Shown: piece after piece, positions 44,003 through 51,219 of the stretch
Position numbering within the stretch: the first letter of the stretch is position 1
How the letters are laid out: each line of letters opens with the position of its first letter
Source: an uncultured Acidobacteriota bacterium
GTDB taxonomy: Bacteria > Acidobacteriota > Vicinamibacteria > Vicinamibacterales > 2-12-FULL-66-21
DNA length: 64,000 nt
Reading direction: 5' to 3'
NCBI GenBank assembly: GCA_963750935.1
Contig: CAVVSR010000014.1
Span: 834,847 to 898,846, forward strand
Program-made: the position numbers and the translations under genes
The notes under the pieces: model-generated
Database searches by the model: none
Seen by the model: the letters and a program-made list of their open reading frames with translations, nothing else
What the model was told of the DNA's origin: nothing

Positions 44003-44332
44003 ATGATCAACGTCACCGAAGTTGCGGCCTCGAAAATCAACGAGCTGCTCACGGAAGAAAACAAGTTGAACGCCGGGCTGCGCGTGTTCGTTCAGGGCGG
44101 CGGCTGTTCCGGGTTTCAGTACGGCCTGATGATCGACGAAGGCGAAGGCGACGCGACCACCGACGCGGTGATCGAGTCGAACGGCGTCAAGCTGCTGGTC
44201 GACCCGATCAGTGCCAGGTATCTGACCGGTGCCGAGGTCGATTTCGTCGACAACATCACCGGCGGTGGCTTCACGATCAAGAATCCGAACGCCAAGTCGA
44301 CCTGCGGCTGCGGTTCATCCTTCAGCGTCTAG
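44003..44332 (+). CDS. erpA: iron-sulfur cluster insertion protein (HesB/IscA/ErpA family)
   Basis: 109-aa ORF, LRVFVQGGGCSGFQYG...KSTCGCGSSFSV, with the three conserved Cys. Confidence 0.9.
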   Translation: MINVTEVAASKINELLTEENKLNAGLRVFVQGGGCSGFQYGLMIDEGEGDATTDAVIESNGVKLLVDPISARYLTGAEVDFVDNITGGGFTIKNPNAKSTCGCGSSFSV

Positions 44333-44432
44333 TGTCGATGGCTTCCAGCTCACAGCTGTCAGCCGTCAGCAGTCCACCGGCACGCGACTGCTGACGCTGA
44401 TGGCTGGCAGCTGACGGGACTGGAGAGCTGTC

Positions 44433-45407
44433 ATGGAACCGACGTCTGCCTACCTCGACAGCCTGAGGCCCGCCGGCAGCAAGCGCTCCGGCAAGCGCGA
44501 CCTCATCGTCAACGTCTTCCTCCGCCAGGAAGGCCACCTCACGGCCGACGACCTGTACGATCTGATCCGCCGCGAGGATCAGAAGATCAGCCGCGCCACC
44601 GTCTACCGCACGCTGCAGTGGATGGAGGAGGCTGGCATTGCGCGCAAGGTCGACTTCGGCGAGGGCCGGTTCCGGTTCGAGCACTCCTATCGCCATCCGC
44701 GCCACTTCCACCTGATTTGCAAGACCTGTAACCGATCGTTCGAGTTCCTCAGCTCCGACATCGAGGCGTTGCTCGAGGAGGTGGCGGCGGCGCGGAACTT
44801 CACGGCGCGTCAGAGCATCCTCCAGATTCACGGCACCTGCGAGGCGTGCCGCACCGGCCGTGCGCCGATCGCCGAGGGGGGCACCACCGAGCTGCTGTTC
44901 GCGCGCGACGCCCTGCGGATCGCGATTGCCACCGAGCGGAGCGGCCTCGAGTTCTACTCGCGCGGCGCCCGGATGACGAAGGACGCGCGCGGCCGCAAGG
45001 TCTTCGAGAAGCTCGCCGAAGAAGAGAAGGAGCACCTCGGTACGCTCGAGGCGCGCTACAAGGAGCTGCTGCTGCAGGACCCGCTGCTCGAGTCGCGGCC
45101 GACGTTCCTGTTCTTCAAGGGGGCCGCCAACGGCCTGTTCGCCGCCGGCGCCGAGCAGCTCTCCAAGGGCGTGGACGATCGGCAGGCGCTGATGATCGGC
45201 ATCCGCTGCGAGCGCGCGTCGCACCGCTTCTTCAAGCGCTACGGCGATCGCTTCGAGGACTCCGAGGGCAAGCAGATCTTCCTCGAGTTCGCCACGGAAG
45301 AGCGCGAGCATCTGGAGCTGCTGATTCGTGAATACCGCGCGCTGCTCGAACGGCAGCGGCGCCGGCCCGGGCCCAAGCGCAAGACGCGGCCGCAGGCCTC
45401 GGCCTGA
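44433..45407 (+). CDS. Fur-family DNA-binding domain fused to a rubrerythrin/ferritin-like di-iron domain
   Basis: Residues about 1-145 form a Fur-like winged helix (ISRATVYRTLQWMEEAGI) plus CKTC...CEAC. Residues about 155-305 form a four-helix ferritin-like region with ExxH-type motifs (IATERSGLEFY, EEEKEHL, IRCERASHRFF, TEEREHLELL). Single uninterrupted 324-aa ORF. Confidence 0.8.
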   Translation: MEPTSAYLDSLRPAGSKRSGKRDLIVNVFLRQEGHLTADDLYDLIRREDQKISRATVYRTLQWMEEAGIARKVDFGEGRFRFEHSYRHPRHFHLICKTCNRSFEFLSSDIEALLEEVAAARNFTARQSILQIHGTCEACRTGRAPIAEGGTTELLFARDALRIAIATERSGLEFYSRGARMTKDARGRKVFEKLAEEEKEHLGTLEARYKELLLQDPLLESRPTFLFFKGAANGLFAAGAEQLSKGVDDRQALMIGIRCERASHRFFKRYGDRFEDSEGKQIFLEFATEEREHLELLIREYRALLERQRRRPGPKRKTRPQASA

Positions 45408-45476
45408 TCCGGTCGCCCGTGCCTCCCGCCTCACGTCACGCGACGTTTCTCAGTCGAGTCCGCGAGTGACCTGCCG

Positions 45477-46301
45477 GTGATCGATCTGCATCTCCACACC
45501 ACCGCGTCCGACGGCCTGTTGTCGCCGACCGCGCTGGTCGAGCGCGCGCGCGAGGTCGGGCTGACGGTGATGAGCGTGACCGATCACGACACCGTCGGCG
45601 GCATCAGCGAAGCCAGCCGCGCCGCCGCTGCCTGCGGCATCCGCGTCGTGCCGGGCATCGAGATGACCGCGGTTGAGCAGGAGCAGGACGTCCATATCCT
45701 CGGCTATTTCATCGATCCCGACGACGTCGCCCTGGCGGCGTTCCTGACCGGGCAGCGGAGCGATCGGCTCAGGCGCGTGACGATCATCGCCGGCCGGCTC
45801 GCGTCACTCGGCCATCCCATCGACGTGACCGCGCTCCTGTCCCGAGCGGACAGCAGCAGCCGGAGCATCGGGCGGCCGGCGATTGCCGACGCGCTGGTCG
45901 CGGCCGGTCACGCCACCGATCGCGGCGATGCGTTCGAGCGCCTGCTCGGTCGCGGCCGGCCGGCGTTCGTGCCCCGGCGCGGCGTGCCCGGCGCCGACGT
46001 CGTACGCGTGATTCATCGCGCCGGCGGCATCGCGTCGTTGGCGCATCCCGGGATCGCCGGTGACGACGCGCTGATTCCCGCGCTGGCCGGGGCCGGCCTC
46101 GACGCCATCGAGGTGTGGCACAGCGATCATCGGCCCGACGACGTCGCGAGGTATTCGGCGATGGCCGACGAGCTCGGGCTGGGCAAGTCCGGAGGCTCGG
46201 ACTTTCACGGCGACGGCGTCCACCGCGCCTGCCGGATCGGCGAGATCGCGCTGCCCGCCGACGCGTTCGCGGCACTCGAGGCGCGAGTGCGCCGGCGATG
46301 A
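45477..46301 (+). CDS. PHP-domain metal-dependent phosphoesterase (TrpH/YciV-like)
   Basis: GTG start. IDLHLHTTASDGLLSP...VTDHDTVGG...AHPG...GGSDFHG motifs of the PHP family. Confidence 0.85.
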   Translation: MIDLHLHTTASDGLLSPTALVERAREVGLTVMSVTDHDTVGGISEASRAAAACGIRVVPGIEMTAVEQEQDVHILGYFIDPDDVALAAFLTGQRSDRLRRVTIIAGRLASLGHPIDVTALLSRADSSSRSIGRPAIADALVAAGHATDRGDAFERLLGRGRPAFVPRRGVPGADVVRVIHRAGGIASLAHPGIAGDDALIPALAGAGLDAIEVWHSDHRPDDVARYSAMADELGLGKSGGSDFHGDGVHRACRIGEIALPADAFAALEARVRRR

Positions 46302-47017
46302 GCGCGCCGGGTCCGGAGCCGGTCCTCGAAATCCGCCAGGTCGCGAAGAACTACAGCGCGCTGCGGCCGCTGCGGATCGCCGAGCTGACGATGATGGCAG
46401 GGGAGCGCGTCTCGATCGGGAGTATCGACGCCGGCGCCGGCGAGGTCATCGTGAACCTGGTCACCGGGGCGTCGGTGCCGGATGCCGGCGAGGTGCGCGT
46501 CTTCGGCCGGCCGACGTCGGCAATCGCGGACGGAGACGAGTGGCTCGAGTTCCTCGAACGCTTCGGCATCGTCTCGCCGCGCGGCGTGCTGCTGGAGGGA
46601 TCGACCCTCGAGCAGAACCTCGCGATGCCGTTCACGCTGGCGATCGATCCCGTCCCGCCGGCCGTGGTCGAGCAGGTGCGGCAGCTCGCGCGGGAGTGCG
46701 GCATCGATCCCGACCGCTGGCTGAGCGTGCAGGCGGGACAGCTGCCGGCCGACGTGCGCGTCCGCACGCACGTGGCGCGAGCGCTCGCGCTGAATCCGGC
46801 GTTCGTGGTGATCGAGCATCCGACCGCCGACGTCGCGCCCGAGGCGCTTCCGGCGCTCGCCGCCGACATCGCGCGTGCCTGCGCGGGACGCCAGCTGACC
46901 GCGCTGATCCTGACCAACGATGAAGGGTTTGCGAAAGTCGCCGCGCCGCGCAACCTGATGCTGCACGGCGCGACTGGAGCATTGAAGCGGATCGGAAAAG
47001 GCTGGCTGTCCTGGTGA
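46298..47017 (+). CDS. ABC-ATPase-like protein with degenerate nucleotide-binding motifs
   Basis: ATGA overlap with the PHP gene. It aligns by eye to the ABC ATPase layout. The Walker A position reads GSIDAGAGEV, the signature QLPADVR, and Walker B VVIEHPTADV. Confidence 0.55.
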   Translation: MSAPGPEPVLEIRQVAKNYSALRPLRIAELTMMAGERVSIGSIDAGAGEVIVNLVTGASVPDAGEVRVFGRPTSAIADGDEWLEFLERFGIVSPRGVLLEGSTLEQNLAMPFTLAIDPVPPAVVEQVRQLARECGIDPDRWLSVQAGQLPADVRVRTHVARALALNPAFVVIEHPTADVAPEALPALAADIARACAGRQLTALILTNDEGFAKVAAPRNLMLHGATGALKRIGKGWLSW

Positions 47018-47031
47018 CCCGTCCGCGGCCG

Positions 47032-47457
47032 CTACTTCACGGTGATGGTGATCTTCTGCGACACGATCGGCTTCTCGTGCGGGATGTGGAGGTAGTCACC
47101 CAGCACCAGCTGCAGCGTGTGCTTGCCCGGCGGCAGCGTGAGCTCGGTCTCGGTCTGCCCGGCGCCGAAGTGGCGGATGTTGTCGGTCACCGGCAGCGCG
47201 GCGTTGAAGTCGGGCTCCTTGGCCATGTCGACGAGCAGGTGATGATGGCCGGTGTTCGCCTGATCGATGCCAGCCGGCGCGACTCCCATACCCTTGAGGC
47301 CGAATCGGATCGTCACCGGCGACGACACCGTCTCGCCATCCTTGGGCGACAGGAAGTAAACCGTGGCGTTCTCCGGCGCCTTGCTCTTCGGCACCTGGGC
47401 CAGGCCGGTGGCGGCAAGGACCGCGAACGCAACACAGGTGAAAACAGGCTTGTTCAT
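47032..47457 (-). CDS. DUF4399 domain-containing secreted protein
   Basis: 141-aa ORF with a signal peptide. GHHHLLVD and GKHTLQLVLGD segments are characteristic of DUF4399. Confidence 0.8.
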   Translation of the reverse strand: MNKPVFTCVAFAVLAATGLAQVPKSKAPENATVYFLSPKDGETVSSPVTIRFGLKGMGVAPAGIDQANTGHHHLLVDMAKEPDFNAALPVTDNIRHFGAGQTETELTLPPGKHTLQLVLGDYLHIPHEKPIVSQKITITVK

Positions 47458-47513
47458 GACGTGTACTCTCCAGTGGGGAAATCATATGACAAGCGACCTC
47501 GGGACCGGTGGTG

Positions 47514-48224
47514 ATGGAGTCCAGGCACAAACTCGTTCTCTTTGACATCGACGGGACGCTGGTGCTGACCGGCGGCGCCGGCATCCGCGCCATGAACCGC
47601 GCCGGCCAGTCGGTGCTCGGCGTGCCGCGCATTCTCGACGGCGTCCCGGTCGCGGGGCGCACCGACTGGAGCATCTTTCGCGACGCGCTCGACCGGATCG
47701 GCCGCGACCTGGACGGCGAGCTGTTCGCGCGGCTCCGCGAGGCGCACGTCGCCAACCTGCGCGAGGAGATTCTCGCGCGCGGCGACGGCGTCAAGGCGGT
47801 GATGCCGGGCGTCCACGATCTGCTGTCGGCGCTGGGCTCGCGCGGCGACGTGTCGCTCGGACTGGTGACCGGCAACTTCCACGAGGCGGCGCGGATCAAG
47901 CTCGAACACTTCGACCTGTGGCGGCACTTCCGCTGCGGCGCGTTCGGCGAGGATGCGGTCGATCGCAACGATCTGGTACCGTTCGCGCTCGAGCGCGCGC
48001 GCGGCTGCGGCGTGCCAGACGTCCCCTACGAAGACGTCCTCGTGGTCGGCGATACGCCGCACGACGTGGCATGCGCGGCGGCGGTGGGCGCCGTGCCGAT
48101 CGCGGTCGCGACCGGGACGTTCACGGTCGACCAGCTGCGCCAGGCCGGCGCGCCGGTGGTGCTGTCCGACCTGAGCGACACGGCGGGATTCGTGCGGCTG
48201 ATGGACGACGGTGCGGCGCGATGA
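47514..48224 (+). CDS. HAD-superfamily hydrolase (phosphoglycolate phosphatase-like)
   Basis: KLVLFDIDGTLV (motif I), LVTGN (motif II) and VVGDTPHDVACA (motif IV). ATG 47514, with in-frame GTGs at 47508 and 47511. Confidence 0.8.
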   Translation: MESRHKLVLFDIDGTLVLTGGAGIRAMNRAGQSVLGVPRILDGVPVAGRTDWSIFRDALDRIGRDLDGELFARLREAHVANLREEILARGDGVKAVMPGVHDLLSALGSRGDVSLGLVTGNFHEAARIKLEHFDLWRHFRCGAFGEDAVDRNDLVPFALERARGCGVPDVPYEDVLVVGDTPHDVACAAAVGAVPIAVATGTFTVDQLRQAGAPVVLSDLSDTAGFVRLMDDGAAR

Positions 48225-48486
48225 GCCACGTGCTAGCAGGCTGCTGCGAACGTGCTGACAGGTCTCGCCGAAGCGCTGATGCGCCGAAGGGCGGACTTGG
48301 CGATGCTCTGCCTCGCGCCGATGCAGCTTCGGCGCGCGCAGGGGCGTGGCTTTGGTCCGCCGAGGCCTGGGGCGTAGGTCAGTGAGGCGCGCCAAGGGCG
48401 CGCCCCGCCGGAAGCGGAGCGGGGATCGTGGGGCCCCCGCGAGCGACGGCGATGGGGGTCCGGGGGCGAAGCCCCCGGGTCTATAA

Positions 48487-48582
48487 GGAAGCGAATGGGA
48501 CCCGGTGGTCCTCCCGGTCTTCAAAACCGGTCGCTGCCCGCGTTGCGGGCAGGCTGGGTTCGACTCCCAGGCGCTTCCGCCA
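48487..48582 (+). tRNA. selC: tRNA-Sec (anticodon UCA)
   Basis: 96 nt, GGAAGCGA...GCGCTTCC-G-CCA. 6-bp D-stem GGGACC/GGTCCT with the 4-nt loop CGGT. Anticodon loop CUUCAAA. Long variable arm CTGCCCGC-GTT-GCGGGCAG. T-arm CTGGG-TTCGACT-CCCAG. Layout parallels E. coli selC. Confidence 0.9.
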
Positions 48583-48589
48583 ACTATCC

Positions 48590-48638
48590 ACGTGCTACGT
48601 GCCACGTGCTACGTGCTACGTGCTACGTGCGACGTGCT
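48590..48638. repeat. ACGTGCT heptamer array (7 units)
   Basis: ACGTGCT ACGTGCC ACGTGCT ACGTGCT ACGTGCT ACGTGCG ACGTGCT, between the tRNA-Sec 3' end and the stop of the convergent DUF218 gene. Confidence 0.9.
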
Positions 48639-48641
48639 CAG

Positions 48642-49292
48642 CTACTCGCCGAGGCCGGCGAGGTAGGCGACGAGCTTCGGCAGCTCCGTCATCACGAACC
48701 TGATCTCGCTGCGTCGCCGCCACCAGCGGGTGGGCGCGGACGCGCTGTAGCGGCTGCCGCGGATCACGATCTCGACGCCGTGCTCCTTGAACTGACGACG
48801 GAAGGCGAAGCCGGTGCGGCGCGTGTGGTACGGCGACGTGACCACGATGATGCGGCGCAGCTGACCGGAGAACATCCGCTGCAGCGCCGCGGCCTCCTGC
48901 GCGGTATTGTCCACGTCCCCTGCGAGCACATCCACCGCACTGGCCGGCACGCCGAGGGCGACCGCCGTGTCCCTCGCCAGATCCCCATCGCGCGGATACA
49001 TGACGCCGCGCTTCCGCAGATCGATCTCCGCGAGCTCGATCTGCCCGGGGCTCATCACGAGACGCGGCGCCCAGCCTTCCTTGTACAACTCGATGCCTTC
49101 GAGCACGCGCTCGACCCGCGCCCCGGCGAGCACGTAGATCAGATCGGACTTGGCGAGCGGATCCTGATGATCGAGGAAGCGGCCGGCGAACGGCAGAAAG
49201 ACCAGGAACGCGACGAAGGCGAGACCGGCGAGGAGAACGGAGAGCCTGAGCGCGCGAACGGCGAGAGGGTGCCGCTGGGCGGCGCTGCTCAT
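48642..49292 (-). CDS. DUF218 (YdcF/ElyC/SanA family) protein
   Basis: 216-aa ORF. N-terminal TM helix, IYVLAGA..., and the VVTSPYHTRR motif typical of DUF218. Confidence 0.8.
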   Translation of the reverse strand: MSSAAQRHPLAVRALRLSVLLAGLAFVAFLVFLPFAGRFLDHQDPLAKSDLIYVLAGARVERVLEGIELYKEGWAPRLVMSPGQIELAEIDLRKRGVMYPRDGDLARDTAVALGVPASAVDVLAGDVDNTAQEAAALQRMFSGQLRRIIVVTSPYHTRRTGFAFRRQFKEHGVEIVIRGSRYSASAPTRWWRRRSEIRFVMTELPKLVAYLAGLGE

Positions 49293-49331
49293 CAGGGGGA
49301 CGCGAATGGGGGCTTTGAGGGGCTGTGTGAA

Positions 49332-49355
49332 GCGGGACGCGTCAAAGCGTCCCGC
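49332..49355 (-). terminator. hairpin downstream of the cold-shock gene
   Basis: GCGGGACGC-gtcaaa-GCGTCCCGC, a 9-bp perfect stem 17 nt after the csp stop, extendable by TTGAGG/CCTCAA. No clear U-tract. Confidence 0.4.
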
Positions 49356-49371
49356 CTCAAGGACCGCGGGA

Positions 49372-49578
49372 TCAGCTTTCGATCAGTCGAACTTCTCCGG
49401 CGCGCGGGCCCTTGCCCGATTCCTCCGGAGTGAATTCGACACGCTGCCCTTCGCGCAGTAGCTCGAACACGGCGCCCCTGACCGAGCTGCGGTGGAAGAA
49501 ATGCTCGATTCCGCTTTCATCGCGGATGAAACCGAAGCCCTTGTCGATCAGAAGTCGAGCGATCGTCCCGCTTGGCAT
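49372..49578 (-). CDS. cspA: cold-shock domain protein
   Basis: 68-aa ORF. The RNP1-like KGFGFI motif and the remainder of the CSD fold. Confidence 0.9.
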   Translation of the reverse strand: MPSGTIARLLIDKGFGFIRDESGIEHFFHRSSVRGAVFELLREGQRVEFTPEESGKGPRAGEVRLIES

Positions 49579-49855
49579 ACCGTGTCCTCCGATTCAGCGG
49601 CCCCCCAGGAACATCCTGGAGGTCGGTCAAGCTCGGTAAACGGAGGAGGGGCCGGCGGAGGACGCGGCCCGCGCAGTATCCGGGAGCGCCGACGACCGTC
49701 CGAAACTTCCCATCCTCGAGCGGACGCCGCCGTCGTGTCAGGCGCACGCTGAGCTTGAAACCGGGGGCCACTATAGGGAGTTCCTTAGGCGAAGTCAAGA
49801 AAACGCACCAGAATTTCGCTGACCGGCCGGACCCCTCCCATGGCAGGATTCTGCC

Positions 49856-50491
49856 GTGTCCAGGCGCGATCGCATCGTCGGGATCGTGCTCGCGGCGGGG
49901 CAATCCCGCCGGATGGGCCGCCCTAAAGCTCTGCTGCAGTGCGGTCCTGGCGGTGAAAAGTTCGTCACCCGACTCATCCGTGTGCTCGTCGAAGCCGGAA
50001 TCCGCGATGTGGTCATCGTCTCGCGCCCCAACGACGCCGCACTCGCCGCGGCGGTGGCGGAGGAGCCCGGTGCCACGCTGATTGAGAATCCTGATCCCGA
50101 TCGCGGCCAGTTGTCGTCGCTGCAGTCGGGCATCGCCGAGGCCGAGCGGCGGGGGGCCGCCGGCGTGCTGGTGATCCCCGTCGACATCCCGATGGTGCAG
50201 GCGGCGACGATCGCGCGCGCCGCCACATTCTTCAAGGCGTCGGTCGCGCCAATCGTGCGGGTGACGCACCAGGGACGCCACGGGCACCCGGTGGTGTTCG
50301 CCGCACAACTGTTCGACGAGCTGCGCCGCGCCGACGTGGCGGTTGGCGCGAAGGCGGTGCTCTCCAGCCACGCCGCCGATCTCGTCAACCTGGAAGTGGA
50401 CGACCCCGGCGTGCTGCGCGACGTTGACGAGCCCGCGGACTATCGCGCGTTGTTCGGGCAGTCGCCGATCGAGGTGGACCGCAGCGACTGA
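49856..50491 (+). CDS. MobA/MocA-like nucleotidyltransferase (molybdenum cofactor nucleotidylyltransferase family)
   Basis: GIVLAAGQSRRMGRPKALL N-terminal motif, and the PVD motif in VIPVDIPMV. Confidence 0.8.
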   Translation: MSRRDRIVGIVLAAGQSRRMGRPKALLQCGPGGEKFVTRLIRVLVEAGIRDVVIVSRPNDAALAAAVAEEPGATLIENPDPDRGQLSSLQSGIAEAERRGAAGVLVIPVDIPMVQAATIARAATFFKASVAPIVRVTHQGRHGHPVVFAAQLFDELRRADVAVGAKAVLSSHAADLVNLEVDDPGVLRDVDEPADYRALFGQSPIEVDRSD

Positions 50492-50501
50492 GGCGATCCG
50501 C

Positions 50502-51011
50502 TCAGGACGGCGCGCCCGCGAACGGGCTCTCGTCGGCGGTCGGTCCGTAGATGGAGGGCAGCGCCACGCCGAGCTGCCGCAGATAGACCGAAAGCTGGCC
50601 GCGATGGTGGTACCAGTGGTTCAGCATCAGCGACCGCAGCAGCCCGATCCGCGGAGTCGCCCACAGCTCGCGCTCGCCGTCGACCATCCGCCACGTCTCG
50701 CCAATCCACGCGTCGTCTTTTCCGCCGAGGATCGACCGTACCTTGGCCAGGCTCGCCTCGAAGGCCGGCACGAGATCGGCGGCGCTGGCCGCGCTCGGGT
50801 GTTCGAACCTCGGCGCCTGGAACGGGGACTTCGTGGCTATCTCCGCGATCGCGCCGGGGACCACGGCCACGTGCAGCGACAGCTGACCGAGGCTCATCGA
50901 CTTGGGATGCGGCCGCCACGCCAGTTGATCGTCAGGGACGCGCTCGAGCAGGCGGCGCGTCGCCCGGGCTTCCTGTTCCACTTCCTTCAGCAGCGTTTCC
51001 GCGATGGTCAT
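50502..51011 (-). CDS. DinB-family protein
   Basis: 169-aa ORF. Four-helix DinB pattern with conserved His residues (LSLHVA..., MLNHWYHHRGQLSVYLR). Confidence 0.85.
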   Translation of the reverse strand: MTIAETLLKEVEQEARATRRLLERVPDDQLAWRPHPKSMSLGQLSLHVAVVPGAIAEIATKSPFQAPRFEHPSAASAADLVPAFEASLAKVRSILGGKDDAWIGETWRMVDGERELWATPRIGLLRSLMLNHWYHHRGQLSVYLRQLGVALPSIYGPTADESPFAGAPS

Positions 51012-51067
51012 GCAGGACTCCAGTCGGGGTCGGCCCCGATGCGGCGGGGCGCCCTCGTTCGATAATA

Positions 51068-51175
51068 GTTCTACGGGTTCTACGGGTTCTACGGGTTCTA
51101 CGGGTTCTACGGGTTCTACGGGTTCTACGGGTTCTACGGGTTCTACGGGTTCTACCAGGTTCTACGGGTTCGACG
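51068..51175 (+). repeat. 9-nt tandem array GTTCTACGG (9 perfect plus about 3 degenerate units)
   Basis: Perfect units from 51068 to 51148, then GTTCTACCA, GGTTCTACG and GGTTCGACG. Lies in the divergent region between the dinB-like gene and the histidine kinase, and is preceded by GATAAT (51061-51066). Confidence 0.95.
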
Positions 51176-51219
51176 AGGGGCGCGTCCGGCCGAGCCGGCC
51201 GCCGCCACGCGGGAGGACC

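Noticed and set aside
44333-44432. Whether a Fur/PerR operator lies upstream of the Fur-ferritin fusion gene.
   Set aside because: The spacer is GC-rich, with GTCAGCAG/CTGCTGAC-type inverted repeats, but has nothing resembling the AT-rich 7-1-7 Fur/PerR box. I cannot support an operator call.
48224-48486. Possible additional RNA gene or integrase remnant upstream of selC. It contains GC hairpins such as CCGGGGGC-gaa-GCCCCCGG and the palindrome GGCGCGCC.
   Set aside because: There is no tRNA-like cloverleaf, no coding signal and no att-like duplication of the selC 3' end in the window. These are probably just structured spacer or promoter region.
51004-51219. N-terminal extension of the histidine kinase containing a (GST)9 repeat.
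   Set aside because: The frame stays open only because the repeat unit is 9 nt. The repeated codons GGT/TCT/ACG are atypical for this genome, and the extension would overlap the divergent dinB-like start. I treat it as non-coding, but this is flagged as testable.
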